NCBI GenBank assembly: GCA_944388545.1
Contig: CALXJE010000006.1
Coordinates: 1 to 55,683 of the forward strand
Length of the DNA stretch: 55,683 nt
Direction: 5' to 3'
Origin: an uncultured Clostridia bacterium
GTDB lineage: Bacteria > Bacillota > Clostridia > TANB77 > CAG-465
Position 1 is the stretch's first letter. Each line of letters starts with the position of its first letter. Both the position numbers and the translations under genes were made by a program. The notes under the pieces were generated by a model. It did no database searches, was not told the origin of the DNA, and saw only the letters and a program-made list of their open reading frames with translations. Shown piece by piece: positions 53,167 to 55,683 of the stretch.

Positions 53167-53856
53167 CTATTTTAGCATTGCATATCCTCCACCCAACGAA
53201 GAATTTTTTTCTCCAATTCCTGTAGCCATTAATATATATGCTAATTTTTGACTTATTTCATCTTTTTTTACTTTAATCTCGTACTTATAGCCAAGTAAAT
53301 ATTTACCTTTATATTTAATTTTTATAGCTTTATTTGTTTTACATTCTATACTATCTATAAACTTGCAATGAATTTCCTCATTATATATTTGTTTATATTT
53401 TTTCTCCGCATTCGCTATTATTCTATCTTTAACAAAGTCCAGATCATGTCCTTTATTATATCCTGTATCTGCTGTAATAATTACAGGAGTTAAACTTGTC
53501 ATTATATTAAATGGTTTATAGTTATATGTTGCTATATTTGTCATTATAACCTTAAAATCATAGTTTCCTTGTGATATATAATTTTTGATTTTCATGGCAA
53601 ATTTTATATCTATACATCTTATATCAAAAGTATATATTCTCCCTACTTTATATATTCCGTCCTTTTCTATAGGGTAAAAACTAGAAAAAACATAATTTTT
53701 ATACTTATTCTCCTTATGAAACATCTTTAATTCTTCGTCCTTTTCCATAGTAAAAAATATAAGTTTAGATATTTTTTCAAAGCTTTCTTCATACTTTATA
53801 TCACTACTTACTGGCATAAGTACTATTTTTAAATCATAATACTGCACTATATTCAC
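53167..53856 (-). CDS. cas6: CRISPR repeat endoribonuclease Cas6
   Basis: 229 aa. First gene of the operon, with the C-terminal Gly-rich loop GIGEKNSSLGGGYA typical of Cas6. Confidence 0.85.
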   Translation of the reverse strand: MNIVQYYDLKIVLMPVSSDIKYEESFEKISKLIFFTMEKDEELKMFHKENKYKNYVFSSFYPIEKDGIYKVGRIYTFDIRCIDIKFAMKIKNYISQGNYDFKVIMTNIATYNYKPFNIMTSLTPVIITADTGYNKGHDLDFVKDRIIANAEKKYKQIYNEEIHCKFIDSIECKTNKAIKIKYKGKYLLGYKYEIKVKKDEISQKLAYILMATGIGEKNSSLGGGYAMLK

Positions 53857-54196
53857 CTCTTTTCTTTTATATATTCTCTTTACTTCATTTGCTCTATTAT
53901 ACTATTTTTGTTTGTCTATAATTGTAAAAAAATGTCATAAAATATGATTATTATATTAATAATTTTCATAAAAATTTCAATTAAATTATTTATTCTTTAG
54001 AATGAAATTGCCTAAAAATATTAAAATATGTAATTTAATTGCATATCCGCGATATATAACTTTATTTGATTTACAGAAAAACTTCTAAAAATATTTTTTC
54101 TATAGACTTTTTTCAGTTTTAGGTTAAATATCTTCTTGCAGTAGTTTTTAAAACCAAATTATCTTTTAATTTTAGTGTAAGCAACCTTCCATAATA

Positions 54197-55270
54197 TTAT
54201 ATAAAGCTTTCTGGAACTAATTCTAGATTATTAATTATCTCATTAGATCTTTCCAAACAATCATGCATTTCCATAACTTCTAAATAATTCCATGTTTTTA
54301 ATTTGGTTTCTATATTATGTATTCCTTTTGATTCTTTTTTTATTTTTTCAATTTGCTTTTCATCTGATACAGCCACTATAGCTTGTACTGCAAAATTATT
54401 TGTTGCTTTTTGTAAATTCAATATTAAACTATCTATACTACCATGTGTTTGAACTTCAAATGCGTATATAACTTTTCCCATATTCCCAATCTGTGCTTGC
54501 CATATCGCATCAACAATGGCTCCATCAGCTATCTTTACTTCTGATTTACTTTCAAATCCTAGCCACTGCCCTATTTCTACAATTTGATTAATTATATCAT
54601 TATGTATAAATTTCTTATCATCTTTTTCTATTATAAGTTCTTCCTCATTATTTTTTAACTCATTATCTTTTTTTGAAGCCGGATAAACTATATCCCAAAA
54701 TATATAATCTACAATTAATAAATCTACGTTTTTTATTCCCTCTTCATACATTTTACTTTTTATCTCTTTTGCTTCATTACATAATCTTTTATAGTTTTTT
54801 CCTGTATATTGATAATTGTATACTGGGACTTTAGGGACTTCTAAATATTTAAAACATGCACATGTTACCTTATTACATACAACGTACTCATTAGGATTTA
54901 TATAACTTAATAGTTCACTCATACTTGATGGCCCTATTTGCTTAATATTTTTATAAAATCTATCCCATCTTTTTTCTATATCTTCTGTTCCATATAATAA
55001 GTCAATAAGCATATTTTTGATATTTTCAAATCCATTAAGTTTAATAATTTTATCAGCAATGTATTTTTTATTTCCCCAAACGATCATTGACCATAGCTTT
55101 CCAATATATTCTACAAATTCATCTTCAGTCATATTTTTTATTCTTTCTTTTGACCAAGACTGGTAATATTTTTTTCTCTCTTGTCTTTCATTTATTACCT
55201 CTATATCTACTAATCTTTCAATTCGTTTTTTATATTCTTTAATTGAAACATTTAATTTTTCTTTATTCAT
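54197..55270 (-). CDS. Uncharacterised protein with an HhH-like central motif and a C-terminal PD-(D/E)xK-like nuclease motif
   Basis: 357 aa. LLYGTEDIEKRWDRFYKNIKQIGPSSMSELLSYINPNEYVVCN, then C-terminal GFESKSEVKIADGAIVDAIWQ...VIYAFEVQTHGSI. Motif reading by eye only. Confidence 0.55.
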   Translation of the reverse strand: MNKEKLNVSIKEYKKRIERLVDIEVINERQERKKYYQSWSKERIKNMTEDEFVEYIGKLWSMIVWGNKKYIADKIIKLNGFENIKNMLIDLLYGTEDIEKRWDRFYKNIKQIGPSSMSELLSYINPNEYVVCNKVTCACFKYLEVPKVPVYNYQYTGKNYKRLCNEAKEIKSKMYEEGIKNVDLLIVDYIFWDIVYPASKKDNELKNNEEELIIEKDDKKFIHNDIINQIVEIGQWLGFESKSEVKIADGAIVDAIWQAQIGNMGKVIYAFEVQTHGSIDSLILNLQKATNNFAVQAIVAVSDEKQIEKIKKESKGIHNIETKLKTWNYLEVMEMHDCLERSNEIINNLELVPESFI

Positions 55271-55443
55271 TGATTTCCTCCTATTAGTTATGCTTTATAA
55301 AATAACTTGTCATATCTTTTCGATATTTTATACTATATATATCATATGCATATACTTTTGTCCATGAGTTTAAAATTTTTTTTAATTTTCAAAACAGAAT
55401 TTATTTTTTTTATTAATATTTTTAATAAAATTGACATAAACTA

Positions 55444-55473
55444 TTGACAAACATCATATAAATATATTATACT
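55444..55473 (+). promoter_or_regulatory. Sigma-A promoter for tRNA-fMet
   Basis: TTGACA (55444-55449) - 18 nt - TATACT (55468-55473). A second TTGACA lies at 55431-55436. Confidence 0.5.
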
Positions 55474-55490
55474 ATTTAAGTATTAAATAT

Positions 55491-55566
55491 CGCGGGATAG
55501 AGCAGTTGGCAGCTCGTCGGGCTCATAACCCGAAGGTCGATAGTTCGAGTCTATCTCCCGCAACCA
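55491..55566 (+). tRNA. Initiator tRNA-fMet (anticodon CAU), CCA encoded
   Basis: CGCGGGATAGAGCAGTTGGCAGCTCGTCGGGCTCATAACCCGAAGGTCGATAGTTCGAGTCTATCTCCCGCAACCA. The C1-A72 mismatch and three consecutive G-C pairs in the anticodon stem are initiator hallmarks. Confidence 0.93.
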
Positions 55567-55571
55567 ATTTT

Positions 55572-55594
55572 GAGGCTTTTAGCCTCTTTTTTTT
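55572..55594 (+). terminator. Rho-independent terminator after tRNA-fMet
   Basis: GAGGCT / AGCCTC stem with a TTT loop, followed by a T8 run. Confidence 0.75.
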
Positions 55595-55683
55595 ATTTTA
55601 AAATATTTTATATTATTTTATAAAATGCCCTAGTATCAAGCATTTTATCTAAAAATAGTTTTACTTAATTTATTTTATTTTTT

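Noticed and set aside
54040-55566. tRNA-fMet as the integration site of a CRISPR/defence island. A short similarity exists between atatccgcgatat (about 54044) and the tRNA 5' end.
   Set aside because: The island lies on the 5' side of the tRNA, whereas integrases normally duplicate the 3' part. The similarity is only about 9 nt, and I saw no integrase gene or clear direct repeat.

Overview
This is an AT-rich chromosomal segment that looks Clostridia-like: it carries spoVT, a SpoVB-type flippase, a SCIFF peptide and an SLH wall protein. Almost all of it is transcribed on the minus strand.

Housekeeping blocks:
- cmk-plsC-O-methyltransferase.
- uvrB and uvrA. uvrB carries a 1-nt insertion inside its Walker A codons, and a truncated IS605-type tnpB relic lies between the two genes.
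- A gap-pgk-(extra ORF)-tpiA-gpmI-eno glycolytic operon.
- ligA-pgsA-murD-hup and tsaE-tsaB-rimI.
- A SigA-type sigma factor, a Lon-like protease, recD2 and kdgK-eda.

RNA genes: tRNA-Leu(UAG), RNase P RNA and initiator tRNA-fMet.

Accessory content:
- A partial DnaC-like ATPase at the left edge with an in-frame TGA.
- A monocistronic KAP P-loop NTPase.
- An uncharacterised nuclease-like protein.
- A complete type I-B CRISPR-Cas locus: cas6-cas8b-cas7-cas5-cas3-cas4-cas1-cas2, a leader and a 13-repeat array.

The most unusual observation is at the leader-distal end of the array. Three further repeats are separated from the main array by 1,064 bp that occupy exactly one spacer position. This segment holds the 3' part of a phage MuF/SPP1-gp7-type head-morphogenesis gene with a toxin-like C-terminal extension interrupted by TAA. 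It is followed by a small, very acidic ORF with its own RBS and terminator. All of this is co-oriented with crRNA transcription.

All functional calls rest on by-eye motif recognition. No database or HMM searches were run.
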